Part shown: in pieces, positions 1 through 14,110 of the stretch
How positions within the stretch are numbered: the stretch's first letter is position 1
How the letters are laid out: each line of letters begins with the position of its first letter
Source of the DNA: Octopus vulgaris
Taxonomy: Eukaryota
Assembly: GCA_951406725.2 (NCBI GenBank)
Contig: OX597817.1
Coordinates: 39,184,001-39,248,000 of the forward strand
Reading direction: 5' to 3'
Length of the DNA: 64,000 nucleotides
Notes under the pieces: generated by a model
Databases searched by the model: none
Told to the model about the DNA's origin: nothing
What the model saw: only the letters and a program-made list of their open reading frames with translations
Translations under genes and position numbers: made by a program

Positions 1-83
1 ATTATTTCAGTATTATTTTATCAAGTATTTTTTTCTTCTGTAAAAATTCATGTCTAACTTTACATATTTTGTCTCTCCAATAG

Positions 84-146
84 AGCCTATACAAAGATCT
101 CTGTAGGCCCTGCTCAGTATGGTGGTGGTGGAACCAAGACTATTGG
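84..146 (+). CDS. SCFD1: SCFD1/Sly1 internal exon (first visible; upstream exons lie outside the window)
   Basis: Acceptor ccaatAG, donor GTaagt. Encodes (K)AYTKISVGPAQYGGGGTKTI(G), resembling recalled vertebrate SCFD1 KAFTKMASAPASYGSTTTKPMG. Phase 2 joins the next exon. Confidence 0.9.
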
Positions 147-3100
147 GTAAGTTTTTCATTAAATTGTTATCTTCAGCTTTTTGTTATCATATTTGATGGC
201 ATATAAAACACACATTTATAAAAAAAAATGTTTCACTAAATCCTGTATACAAAGTTGGGCCTAAACTAAAACTGAATATGAACTTCTGAAATTGTAGTGT
301 GTTTACTGTCTGTGTGTCTTTTATGCCATCAAATACAGTAGTTTCAGTGTTCGCGTTTTCTTGATAAAGTTGTATATTTATAGTGAATTAATTCTGGCTT
401 TACCAGCTCCTGTTAGACTGCTCAACCCATGCTAGCATGGAAAACATATGTTAAACGACAATGATGATGTAATCATGGTAAACTTTCTTACAGCAACCAG
501 AAACATCATCTATTTTTAAATATTTCTTTTCTCTGTTGACAAATTCTCCATGCATAGTCAAGCAAGTCTTGTAAAAAGTATACCAGTTCATGTAAATAAA
601 TTTATAAGACTTTCTCTTCTACTCTAGAATGGACAAACAAGACTAACACTAAAATGTCCTGGGAACTTCTTCCTTGTTTTTGCTAATATCAATGACTCAT
701 ACTCCAGCCATGACCATACCTCCCATTTCCTACTAATCTTCAGATGTTGAATTTTGTCTCTCTGCCTCCTTTAAGATCAAAATATCTCACTCACTATATT
801 ATTATTATTATTATTTTGCTCAAGGTACATTTTCTGTTTCAACTTTTCTTTTTGCTCTCTTCCCATTACTCTTGTTTTAATTGCGCATTAACTCTTTTTG
901 ATACCAACTTGTCTAGGACCATTTCCGGTTTTCTGTGATGCAAAACACATCCTGATTTTAATTAAACCTTATTATAATTTTATGTATGACCCAACAAAAC
1001 TAGTTGGTTATTTAGCATATTTAACATATACAATATACAGTTGTACACATTGATGTTGTGTATTTATATCTTGGTAGAATTGATCTTTGAAGATTAACTA
1101 ATTTTGCTAGGGACTTGAACAATGTTTGGGAGGGTATTTGAACTGTGAACCTTTTAGTTAGCAGTGAAATTTTTACTACTTGGTCAATTGTGGCTTTCAT
1201 TTTGTTTTCGCATTCCTGTAATTGAAAATTATTTTGTAATTTAATTAACCTAATTGAAGATGGTTGTAAATTTAAGTTATAAATGGACTTGGTCAAGTAT
1301 AGACATGCTGTTGTACATTCAACTTAGCTATTAGTCTATTCTTGTTTCAGGCCATCAACAATTACTGTCCTAGATACTTGATTCTAACTTAAGTGTTTTT
1401 GGCAGAATGATTTGTGTACTGAATGAATTACTAATCCAGAAAGACATTGCTTTGAACCCTTAAGTAAGTCATTGTCAACCTATCACAAATATTTACAATC
1501 CCCTTTTCAAAAGTTGAATGATTTGCAGATAGTAAAACAGTTTTCTTTCAGCTAATTGTGCAAATGTTTAAATTAGTAAAAGCCTTCTAATCTCTGTTAG
1601 AAACGTGACATTATAGACCCATTACTTTTTCCCTAAACCCCATAAGCCATATACATAGCTTCATACTCAGATAACATCATGGATACTTCCTTTAACTATT
1701 CCCCAAGTATAGCTACACTTCAGCTATCAAATCCTACATCAAATACTTAGAAACTGAGTAAGAATAGGCTATAATTAGCACCTTCCAAATCCCTTCACCT
1801 CTCCTCTAGCAAGTCAAAGACAGTCCTCAAGCACTTGCCAAATATTTCATAAACCACATGCTGCCATCTTAGAGGGCACATTAAATAATGTAGTCCTAGA
1901 TACACTGTTTGTAAAAATAGAATAGAAGTTCATGGTTGGAATGTCATTGATCAGCAGTCAACTCTGAGCTTGACCTTGGGTAAAACAACAGCAACACCTT
2001 TTCTTTTTTGCTAGCAACACCTAAGGACATCAACAATAACTAAGTATTATTATACCTAAGGATTTTCCTTCAAAACCTTAATAACAATTGCACCATACTT
2101 AGAAGATGTAGTAAAATGACTAAAATGATGTGCAACTAAAGTGATTATGGCACATCTGGGAGCTGAATCTTTAGAGTATACCTAGGCATATCCAAAATGG
2201 AAATGAATACCAACATCCCCATGTGGCAGGTTTGATAATTGTCAAGTGATTTCTCTCTGCATGGAACCATTGGTAACCTCAACCCATAAATAAAGTGTGT
2301 GTGCACGTGCTAAATGTCTACTTGATGTGAATTACATTCTGTTGTTTGATCTGTTTGTGTGTGTCCTTGCTTTGATATCATTCAATTACTGTAAACAAGC
2401 GTTGCCATTATGTAAGCGGTGTCCTTTAGTTCAGTCTTCCATGAAAACCTATCTACTGAGGAGGAAATGTTACCTTGCTTGGAAACAGATAAGGGTTGGT
2501 AACAGGAAGGGTATCTGGCTGTAAAAAAATCTCCAAGTATTCTGTCCAACCAATACAAGCATGGAAAAGTGGACATTAAAAGATGATATTGATTGTGATG
2601 ATAAACTGCTGAAGGAAACTATAAAACTTTTGTAGTGGATGTCATCTTACTATACAAAATCCCGTAGTCTAACTCCTTTGTCACTCTACCATTTTCTTGC
2701 TAAAATTAAATTAATAAAAATACAGAAAATAAAAAGACCAAAATAATTAAAAAGCGAATGAAACAGGAATTATATGATTTAAAACGCAATTTCAATAATT
2801 AAATTGAACAAAAATTTATTTAATTAACCTAAGATTGGATAGCAAATGCATGCTTATATTTTTAAACAAAGTAGAAAGTATAATTGAGACTGAACAAATA
2901 TTGCTTTATTAAAAGTTGTCCTTCTAATTATGTTCACTAATTAATTTAACAATTTTACATTATTATTCTTGTTACAATGCAAAATTCTCACATTGTGTCA
3001 ATAAAAAATTGAGTTCAAACATTGGTACAAAGTCTCCATATTTTTTGGGGAAAGCACAATTAATTAAATTCACAAAGTACTTGTTTTATTTAGTTTTTTA

Positions 3101-6100
3101 ACATCAGGTTTCTGTGAATAAATAACATCATTGGTTATAGATTTTCAGTGTTCCAATCTTTGGTTCACTGCAATTATCCAATGACAAGTGGCATGTCTGT
3201 GCTTGCTGACTGGGGAGGATGAAATACCACAGGGTATTGGTACTTTTTTTTTTTTTAGTACAATGATTTATTAGCAATTTCTCACTATTGTGTATATCTT
3301 TCACTGACACACACACACACACATTGTAGATTGAGAACAAGCACAGATAAGCCAGCTTGTTGTGGTTTCATCCAACAGTAGTTCATTTGTTTATGTGTTT
3401 GTCTTCCACCACTGCTTAACAACTGTCTGTCTGCATCATTTAATGTTCATGTTTCATTCTGGCATGGGTTGGACAAGTTTACAGGCTCCAATATGCCCAA
3501 GAACTTCATCAAGCTCCAATGTCTGCCTTGGCATAGTTCTTTTTTATTTTAATTGTTGGATGCCCTTCCTAACCTCAACCACTTTACATCTGGGTCCTTT
3601 TTTTGTTCCCTCTGCAATATAGAGATCAGCTTGCAGAACTACGAGCCCTCTGAGAGGTGGGGTGGTGGTGGTCAGCTTCATGCTAGGGAATGAAGGGGAT
3701 TACTTTGGAGTCAAGGGACCACATTCCTACAGAGGGATCTGCATGGCTACTCACATTTAGTTGGAGAAAATGGGTAGGTGAGGGGGAAAAGAGAAAACAA
3801 TTAGGAGCTGCAAGACATAGATAATGGCATAAGGTACCCAAAAGTTACCAAGTGACTTAAGGGTCAAGAATTTTGTGCATGGCACTTATCAAACCAAATC
3901 TGTCTCAAACATACTTTACTTGATGTAATCAATAACTACAATGCTATTTAATAAAAGTAGACAATATGGAGATTTATAAGTAATTTAGTTTGTGTAATGG
4001 GAAGGACTGTAGCTAGGGTAAGGAATATAGATATAAAAGACAAGAATGAAGATTGTAATAAATGAGAATATAAATCAAAGGACAGAATGAAGAGTTGAAG
4101 GGCAGTGAATGGCTTGTATAGACATAATGAATTATAATAACTTGGAATTTTGAATGATTTAAAGATATCTGCATAGTACAAGCTATTAATAGTTCAGGAT
4201 TTGCCAGTAAATAAGGAAGAAATTGTTAGCTGAATCAATTGCGTTATAGAAAATATACAACTAAAGTTAGTAAAGTAACAGCTTGTTTACTCAAAATAAA
4301 AGTGGTCCATAACATAGGACAACAGCTGTCGCCCATTTAAGTGGTTTGAGACCAGACGAGTTAGTGGAGTTCTGGGCTAGCAAATAGAAAAAAGAAAACC
4401 TCAACACCAACATTGTCAGACACAGGCATAATAGCCAAGCAATCATTAAAGACTGTCAAAAGTGTAAGAGACTAAGATATAGGTTAAACAAGCCTGTGCT
4501 AGCTAGGCATTGATGGTGGAAGAAGTTAAGATAGTCAGCTGGAAACAAGCTGGTCTTATAATGTAAAGAATAGGTTATTAATCCATGTGTATTGCCGAAT
4601 TGTACAGTACTGTGTCAACCTGTTCTATTTTCCAAATTAGAAAACTTTATTGACTTCTAGGTCAGTTACTTTTTTTTCTCTTAAGTTCTGATACAAGATT
4701 TAAATGGGAATGTTGTTTGGTACTTGGAGAGGCCTGCCTGAGTTGCTGTTATGTGCAGGTATCCTTTAGTGCAGTACACCTATTCTTCTGTGAGAGAAAT
4801 GCACTGCAGATCAAGTCGGAAATTGCCACTGAAATGCAACTATCAAAGAAATGATGATTGTTCATTGTCTAAATCAAGCAGTTCTATAATCAAAGGTATT
4901 CCAAATGTGACCATGAAGTTTTTTGTTTTTGTTTTTGTTTTTTCAGAAAGCATACCTAGGATCACATTACCCAATATATCTTTCTTTTTTGAAGAAAGTA
5001 GGTTGTAATTTGGGTGATATTTTGCTGCTGTTTCTTGCAGGTTGAACAACCCTATAAAGACAGTCTTATATTATGATTAAATCATGCATGTAAATGGCAT
5101 ATTATTAAAAGATGCACTGCCATAGTGTGTATGTGTTTGTTTGGGCATACATGCTGCTTTCATAAAACAGATGATAGATAAATAGAAATAGAAATGGAAC
5201 CATTTGTTGATTGGAAATAGCAAATAGGCTGCTGTGTCTCAATAACTCAGGGACTTCTACAAGGAGACAGTCATTTTGTGGTAGGGCTGGGTTTGAGTGA
5301 GGAGGAATTGATCACAATATTACTGCAAGAAGCTGGCAGAGTCACTAGCATGACAGGCAAAATGCTTTGCAGCATCTTGTCCATTTGTGTATTCATTATC
5401 ATCATCATCATTTAACGGCCGCCTTCCATGCTGGCATGGGTGGGAGTTCAAATTCCCCTGAAGTTGGCTTTGCTTTTCATCCTTTAGGGGGCAATAGAAT
5501 AAGCACCAGTTGAGCACTGGGGTTGATATAATTGACTCCCACTCACCACCCCACCAAAAATTGCTGGCTTTGTGCTAAAATTTGAAACTAATATTACTGC
5601 AAGAAATAACTGGCTACAAGACTACAGGATAAGTCCTCCTTGGAGGCTGAAGCATGAAAAGGTTCCGTAATTTGTTAATTGTTAATCAAAATCTACATTA
5701 GGAAATCTAAGTGTTTTGGGTCGTTATGACAGGACCAGGATATGTGGTTTTAAATTATGAAAAAGTTTGCCTGTGTAAGAGGAAAGAAAAGAGTGAAAGA
5801 GACATTCTAAATCTAAACTCAAGATCATAATTGCCATCAGTATTTAATTATTTTTATCTATAAATATATTATTCTTCCAGGAATCATGAAAAGCATTTAA
5901 AAACTCTTATGTAATTATTTCCACCATTTTAAACCGGGTTTTCTTTTTTTTTTCTGGTTAGTTCTATAGTAATGGTAGTGGTGATGTAAGAAATATTTTT
6001 AATAGTTTTCAATTATTTACCTATGGTATCTTCTAAACTCCCTCTTTTCTCACTGCTGGTTTAATCATCAACATCTTCATTATAGACATATAAGAGACAC

Positions 6101-7236
6101 ATTATTATAACAAGTTGGACACTGTTTAACACTTGAAAACCTATTGAATGAGTGTTTACTTCTCTCTCTCTCTCTTCCTCCTTTCTGTTTATCATTCATA
6201 GTGATAATTATATCCTCATTTTAGTGTGCACAATCATTACACTCACAAGCCTAATGCACACACAGATGTGTGTGTCCGTCCAACCCATGCCTTCATAGAA
6301 AGCAGATGTAAAATGGTGATGAGATGTTATGGTGATATGTATGTAACATCATTATCATCACACACACACAGCCAATCATGCTATATAGCAAACTCATAAT
6401 CATACAAAACTATGTACACACACACACTCTCTCTCTCTCTCTCTCTCTCTTTCGTTTATACATATTTTCATTCTAACCAAACAGTGAACTCATAAAACAC
6501 AATTCACATCTCTTGCTCATAAACCGTCTCCATACTCTCTCGTGTTAATGTATTCTGCCAAAAGAACTGTGAGGAATTATAAGGAATGTCTCCTCCACCT
6601 GATTTCAATGCAACAGATAACGGCTCTCTTAGTAAATGTATTGCTGAAGTAAGAATCAGCTTAGCTTTATTAGAGTGGTTATCATTGCATTAGTTGGGCA
6701 GATAACATTGTCTGTCTACATTGGGTTTATCATCACCATCACTGTCGACACTGTTCTCTGACTCTGATAATGGAAGTAACACCACTGCCATAACCTCTGC
6801 TGCCACCACCATCATCATCATCATCAAAGAGAATACTGTCTTGAGTCGATTTTAAAGAAACCTTCTTAAATCACTTGAATTAATATCCAGCTCAATGTGA
6901 TGTAATGAGATATACCGGCTCTAAGTTTTGGACATATTCCATGGATTTAAGGAAGAATTTAATGATGGCGAAGATTGTAATTGGTGAATATTGCTGAAGG
7001 GAATCTTTCTGAGTAGCACGCAAAAGGGTTTGATAATAAAGCAAAAGAACCTTTTTTTTTTTTTTGTTGATACCTGTGTGTTGAAATATAAATGCATCTT
7101 CAGTGACACATCCATCAATCATTGAATATATATATACCAGAGTAAGCACATATATGCGAAACAAGGTGGAAAAAATAGTACTCGAATATCAGAGGTAGAG
7201 TAATAGGCTTTATCAAAAAGCAGCAGAAATATCACA

Positions 7237-7280
7237 AAAACTGTTACTCAGTTTCACATTCCCATTTGTCAGACAGTTTT
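7237..7280 (-). ncRNA. Degenerate minimal type I hammerhead ribozyme motif
   Basis: Minus strand: aaaactgt CTGACAA atg-ggaa-tgt GAAA ctgag TA acagtttt. Perfect 8-bp stem I; core and stem II changes fit CpG decay. Confidence 0.65.
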
Positions 7281-7296
7281 GTTTAGAATTCTAAAC

Positions 7297-7332
7297 AAAA
7301 CTCTGACCAACGAAAACGTGAAACTCTGAGTG
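7297..7332 (+). ncRNA. Inverted, truncated second copy of the same hammerhead motif
   Basis: aaaact CTGACCA acg-aaaa-cgt GAAA ctc-t-gag TG; mirror copy about the centre tagaattcta. Confidence 0.55.
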
Positions 7333-7334
7333 CA

Positions 7335-7378
<44 letters not shown>

Positions 7379-7482
7379 TCAGTTATTGGACTCTGACCAT
7401 GCTGGAGTAATGCCTTGCAAAGTTTTTTGATCAAACAAATTGACCTCAGTTCTTATTTTTTTGAAAATCTGGTCCTTATTGT

Positions 7483-7698
7483 GGCAGTTGCCAGCCTCCC
7501 CTAGCACCTGTGCCAGTGGCACGTAAAAAGCACCCACTACACTCATGGAGTGGTTGGCATTAGGAAGGACATTCAGCTGTAGAAACATTGCAAGATCAGA
7601 CTAGAGCCTGGTGCAGCCTCCTGGTTTCCTAGAACCCGGTTGAAAAGTCCGACCCATGCTAGCATGGAAAACGGACGTTAAATGATGATGATGACGAT
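7483..7698 (+). mobile_element. RTE-related non-autonomous retroelement, 3' part with (GAT)n tail
   Basis: ggttggcattaggaaggacattcagctgtagaaac...ccatgctagcatggaaaacggacgttaaatgatgatgat; same family at 17752, 25334 and 31719. Confidence 0.75.
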
Positions 7699-7699
7699 A

Positions 7700-7751
<52 letters not shown>

Positions 7752-9799
7752 TATCTTGGTTGGGGATAGTCCTTTAAAGGCTAAAGTTGAATTTAATAAT
7801 AGGGGAAAGGGACTGGATAAAGGTTAATGAGATGTTGACCTAACAACAGAAAGTAATGTGGAGAGAATTTATCAGCTAAACCTGTTGAACAGGTATTTAA
7901 TGAAATGAGTGAGAAAAAAAAAAAAGGACAGGAATAGTGTTTGCGAATAAACAGAATTTTGTAAATTTTCACATGGTTGAACGCAATTCTGTTCTAAAAC
8001 ACCTGCCAGACGATAAGCATTGTTTGACAATTAACCAATATTGATTTCCTGCATTGTCTACGTGGGTGTTGCATTTAATAATTGATATTGTTATATTGCT
8101 GCAACGTATTGTCCTGCAGTGTGTTAAAACATTGACCACGTGCTAAATCTCGTCAAATAGCTTTCATTGAGCGATTATGTCAGCAGTGATCACTGAGGCT
8201 TGAACTTAAATGACCACTTGGCTGCACATTCAGTAGGTTTCAATAAACAGACAGCAGTGGGGGATACTTCAGTTTAATAAATAGATTGTAGAAATTGTAT
8301 AACTCCTTTTTTATACACCATGTCCCTTTCACTGATGTAGAACAATTGTACTTTTTCATTTCTACTTTTACTATGAGTTCACCATCATCATTTTCATCTC
8401 TTCCTCTACCAACACTCCATCACCGTAATCGTAATTATTTTTATTTCACAAACTCAATTTCTAATTGTCTGTTTAACTGTTTGCTTTTCTATTTATTTAT
8501 TCAATTTCTGCTTTTATGGCAAATAAAGATATCATCACCCATCATCAGTCTTCTCATCACTGTTTGTCTTGTGGTCTTCATCATTATCTTCATTATCATC
8601 ACCTTTCCTTTTCCTACACCTCCTCTACCTCATCATCATCAGTAGCGACAGCAATATTGTTTTCATTAGAAACAACCATTGTTGTTATAATTTATCTTCA
8701 AATAGCAGGAGGTGATAGAACATAAGGAGCCAAAATTAAGTACTGGTATTCCGACATTTCTAAGTTCAATTCCTGTTGGAGTCAGTTTTGCTTTGTATTT
8801 CACTCTCATCAGAAATAAGTTTCATAAATGTACCTCTTGGCTATTCAGTTGACTGTACACACTCACCACTCTACAAGTATATAATCTTTATCATCATCAT
8901 CATCATTTAACATTCGTTTTCCATGCTGGCATAAATTAGACAGTCTGACAGGAGCTGGCCAGCTGAACTAGGCTCCATTTGTCTGTTTTGGTATGGTTTC
9001 TATGCCTTCCTAATTCTAACCAACCACTTTACAGAGTGTATTGGGCACTTTTTATGTGGCACCGGCATGGGTGAAGAAATCCTTATTTATCTTCAGAGTG
9101 ACTTTAACTGCCAAACTGGATGACTTGTAAGATGCATATCATTTTTGTAGTCCTTTTCTTGAAAACGTTTTTTAGAAACTGTTTCTTCTTAATTGTCGTG
9201 TGGTAAGAAGTTTGTTTTTCTTCCACATCATTTCAGGTTCAGTCCCACTGCACAGCACCTTGTAGTAGTCTTCTACTATAGCTTTGGGTTGACCAGAACC
9301 CTTGTGAATGGATTTGCTAGATAAAAACTAAAAGGTGCCTCTGTGTGTGTGTGTGTGTGTATGTGTGTGTATGTGTATGACCATTTCCCCACTTTGACAT
9401 TGCATGATAGTTGCAAGTGTCACAGTCTTACAAACTGTCTTTCATTTCCAGTCTTTCATGAAAACATGTCTGGTCATAGGAAAATATTGATTTCAAATTT
9501 TGGCACAAGGCCAGCAATTTTGGGGGAGGGTTTACTTGATTACAATCAACCCCAGTGCTCAACTGGTACTTTCTTTTATTGACTCTTTTTTATTGATTTT
9601 TTTTTTATTGATCCCTTTTGGGATTACTATTTAAGTACTGGGGTGACAGGCAGAGTTAACCTCAGCGGCATTTGAACTCAGAATGTAAAGACAGATGAAA
9701 TGCTGCTAAGCATTTTGTCCAATGTGATACAATTCTGTCAACTCACTGCCTTGATAATAATAATGATAATAATAATAATAATAATAATGATAATACATT

Positions 9800-10208
9800 A
9801 GGCACAGGAGTGGCTATGTGGTAAGTAGCTTGCTTACCAACCACATGATTTCGGGTTCAGTCCCACTGCGTGGCACCTTGGGCAAGTGTTTTTTACTATA
9901 GCCTTGAGCCAACCAAAGCCTTGAGTGGATTTGGTAGATGGAAACTGAAAGAAGCCCGTCGTATATATATATATATAAATAAATATATAAATATGTATGT
10001 GTGTGTATATGTTTGTGTGTCTGTGTCCCCCCAACATCGCTTGACAACTGATGTTGGTGTGTTTACGTCCCCGTAACTTAGCGGTTTGGCAAAATAGACC
10101 GATAGAATAAGTACTAGGCTTACAAATAATAAGTCCTGGGGTCGATTTGCTCGACTGAAGGTGGTGCTCCAGCATGGCCGCAGTCAAATGACTGAAACAA
10201 GTAAAAGA
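9800..10208 (+). mobile_element. tRNA-derived SINE with CORE-like domain (octopus OR2-like), full length
   Basis: Box A tggctatgtggt, box B ggttcagtcc, caccttgggcaagtg CORE-like motif, internal (TA)/(TG) microsatellite, gtaaaaga tail; probable TSD ataataca. Confidence 0.85.
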
Positions 10209-11413
10209 ATAATACACACAAGGCTATCACTATTTCAAGCTAAAGATTGTTACTGCTTTACAAAATTCTGAAAGAGTTAACTTATTCCAAGTTATTCTTT
10301 GTGAATAAACTGCTGATTTTACACTTCTCACTGCACTGCTTATGTTACATGTAAATAAACATTAGCCACACAATCTGGCATGGATCAGTTATAGTATATA
10401 GGTTGAAAAAAAAAAATACAATCTCATGTGATAATACTTTCAATTAGGAAAATTGAAACTTTTTCTTCACAGTCCCACTGAGTCTTATAATGTTCTTATG
10501 GAAGCAAATTATATTTAGAACAGAATGTTGTTTATCTTTTCTATGCTTTAGTCAGAACTGATATGAATGCATAAATGTATATACAGATAAATTACATTGT
10601 TGAAAAAGGAACGTTTTATAAATATGAAACTAGTTGCAGGATTGTCTGGGTGTGATTGCATTAAGAAAATAATTGAGGTCTGCTTCTAATAATATGACAC
10701 TCTACTGCACAGGTTAATGGTTGATATATTTTTTACTGAAGACCTATATCTAAACTATGCAGACATGTTGTTAGGAATGTAGTGGAGTGGCACACTTAGG
10801 TATTTAGACCACTGTTCTACTAATGGTATTTAATTATTCTATTACATAAATATTTCAAGTTCTACCCAAGTTGACTTTCTTTAACTTGTCTTTGATATAT
10901 TTCAGTCCACGGCCCTGCTTTTTTTACATATAAATTTGTGACTTTCTGTCAATTGTAGAAGCCCTTAATATTGAGTTCAGAGGCAGCTTTTATCTGTTAA
11001 TGGTGCATTCAGTGACAGATAAAATGTTTCTCGGTATGTAGTTATGTCTGAATTCCAGTTGGATGGGGGATGCAACTTTACTGTTCATCTAAGTACTAGT
11101 TGTGTACTAGGGTGACATAATTGTTTCTTCCACCTTACAAAAAAATAAAACAAAAAAACAGGTGCTCTTATACCCATCATATTTAATGGCATACAAGATG
11201 CATATCCCCCTCCAAATCTTAAAAATATCACATGCCAGTCCTATATTCAAAGTTGCTTTAAATATTACATGTCTTAAAGCACTAAAAAACTTTTTCCTGA
11301 ATATGTGCTGCTGAAATTGATGTGTGTTTTTATACTACCAAGTATTGTATGCTAGAAATCCTTATTCTTGCCAATTTTTCTCTGAACAAAAACTTTGTCA
11401 TTTTATTTTCCAG

Positions 11414-11489
11414 AATGTTTTCCAAACTGATGAACCAGGGTTCCCAATTTGTTATGGAAGGCGTAAAGAACCTTGTTGTGAAAAAACAT
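11414..11489 (+). CDS. SCFD1: SCFD1/Sly1 exon
   Basis: tttccAG/GTaaga; (G)MFSKLMNQGSQFVMEGVKNLVVKKH carries the Sly1-family GSQFVMEGVKNLV motif. Confidence 0.96.
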
Positions 11490-13135
11490 GTAAGAACATT
11501 TTCTTCTCTGTTCTAGAAACATCTTTTGATTGAAATCCATCTCAAATTATTTATTCCATAAATTGCAACATTTGAGCCCAGTCATTCTCAATTAATTGTC
11601 TTAGATATTGCCATGTATATGTAAAGCTGGTCATAAAATAAACCAGATTGACTTGATTAGCGTGTTGGGCAACTAATAAAGAGAGTGACAGTTTATATTC
11701 TGTCACTAATGTTGTAATGTGTCCTGGACACAAATAATTTTACTTGCATGTAGATTGCTATTTAGCTCCTGGGCAGCCCTGATTGAGAGCAGACTTACAT
11801 CAAATGAAAAAAAAAGTAAGTTCCAATGGTACTAGAGACATCTGGCACTACTAACTGTCCCTCATCTATGAAATTTATTTTTGAACTCAAGACTGACTAA
11901 AGCAGCTGAGTTAACCTGAGAAACTCAAAATTAATTTCTCCGTGGTTACAATGAAGAGCAACTCTGTCAACATAGTATCCTATGTAACCAGCATTTTACA
12001 ATAATGATTGTCTCCTTTTTTTTAATTATTTAAAAATGGTAAGTATGGAAAATACCCCCACCTTGCAAGTCAGACCTGCATCACTCTACATTTGGAATGG
12101 TACTGATGATCCTGGGTTGAAAGAATTAAGATCAAATATTAGTCAGTTGATCCAGTAGATGGGGACCTTATATCTGTCAAGGGAGCCAGTGCCCTGTAAA
12201 GCTGTTGAGAGGAAGGCCCAGAAGCTGTGTGCATTCTCTGTTGATGACCCCTGAAAATTACTGATGTCCAATATGCAGAGCTTTCAGTTTATAGCATTTG
12301 CATAAGCAAGCTGTTTGTAAGTCTCTGGTAATTAGGGTTAAAACAAAAGAAAAGAGAAATCATGTAATGATAAGAGAAACAAATAAAAAAACATCCTAGG
12401 TGGATTTGAACACAAAATTTAGTGATTATCCTTTACAGAATATCAATATTTTATTATATGCTCTCTACCAATCCCACTGCAATATCAATGAGGAGACAAC
12501 ATATGGAAATATCAGATGGATATGAATAAATAAATAAATATGTTTCTAGGTGAATACACATTTAACTTTTGTCTTGAAGTGAAGAAAGGAGTGGAGAAGA
12601 ATTCTCTTTTGGTAGATTAGTACATTTTTTTCTTTCTTTTACTAATAAATTTGTTTTCTTTGGCATAAGAACTCTGGTCCCATGGGTAATTGATTCAGCC
12701 TCTTATATATTCAACCATTTGAACAATGGGCATATTTTATGATGGTCTATATAAAAGACTGGTTTTTGCCACTATTCCTTCCACCATTCACCATATTACT
12801 TTACTAAAATTATTATATTGTAATCCAATACACTTGCCATAAAGAATATTGCTGCCAGTTAATACAGTTTTTGGTTTTCTTGCTAGAAGGAAACTACTTA
12901 GAAGTTGTTATCTTCTACGTTGCGTAAATCCCCACGCACTTCTTTCACACCCTCATAGAATTACATTCTATGATGTCCAGAGGATCTTTGGCGGTTGTTG
13001 CCATTATTGTTTAATCCTGGGTCAACCCTGATTTAGTAGACCTATGTTCAAAGTCATTCCAACCATGAGCATGCTGTCTTTTTAAGGGATATCTACAATT
13101 ACATTATTTAATGTCTATCCATTTTTTCAGATGAT

Positions 13136-14110
13136 AGGTGCAGACATGGCATTGTGGTAAGATGTTTGCTTCCCAACCATATGGTCTTGGGTTCAGTCCC
13201 ATGGCATGGCACCTGTCTTCTACAGGCCAACCAAAGCCTTATAAGTAGATTTGGTAGTTGGAAATTCAAAGGAACGTGTGTGTGTGCCTATACATTTGTG
13301 TGTATTTGTGTATCTATACATGAGTGTGTGTATTTGTGTCTATACGTGTGTGTGTACTTGTGTGTCTATACGTGTGTGTGTACTTGTGTGTCTATACGTG
13401 TGTGTGTATTTGTGTGTCTATACGTGTGTGTGTACTTGTGTGTCTATACGTGTGTGTGTATTTGTGTGTCTATACGTGTGTGTGTGTACTTGTGTGTCTA
13501 TACGTGTGTGTGTACTTGTGTGTCTATACGTGTGTGTGTACTTGTGTGTCTATACGTGCGTGTGTATTTGTGTGTCTATACGTGCGTATGTATTTGTGTC
13601 TATACGTGTGTGTGTGTATTTGCGTGTCTATACGTGTGTGCATGTATTCGCGTGTCTATACGTGCGTGCATGTATTTGCATGTCTATACGTGTGTGCGTG
13701 TATTCGCGTGTCTATACGTGTGTGCGTGTATTCGCGTGTCTATACGTGCGTGCGTGTATTCGCGTGTCTATACGTGTGTGCATATATTTGCGTGTTTATA
13801 CGTGTGTGCATGTATTTGCGTGTCTATACATGTGTGTGTATTTTTGTGTCTATATATTTGTGTGTGTATACATGTGTGTGTGTGTGTGTGTTACTGTCCC
13901 CTTGCCTTAATTTCATGTGATAGTTTAAAACAAATGTCACTGCTATATGAGTGATGTCCTTCATTTCCAAACTTCAGTGAAAATATTACCTTGTTTGGAA
14001 ACAGGTGAAGGTTGACAGCAGGAAGAGCATCCAGCTGTAGAAAATCTGCCTCAAAATTTCTGTCCTAACCCATGCAAACATGGAAAAGTGAACATTGAAT
14101 GGTGATGATA
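13136..14110 (+). mobile_element. Diverged SINE with RTE-type tail hosting a minisatellite
   Basis: tRNA-like head at 13136-13215; tail ...catccagctgtagaaaa...ccatgcaaacatggaaaagtgaacattgaatggtgatgat. Confidence 0.7.
13290..13890. repeat. About 26-bp minisatellite (gtgtctatacgtgtgtgtgtacttgt)n, roughly 20 copies
   Basis: Directly visible tandem units. Confidence 0.95.

Noticed and set aside
9834-10217. Recurrent ORFs containing EDTCPRCHAVGL (also at 15617, 34624, 46400, 48887)
   Set aside because: Antisense translation of SINE copies, not a gene family.
13154-13954. Long Cys/Val-rich ORFs in three frames
   Set aside because: Translation artefact of a TG-rich minisatellite with few stop codons.
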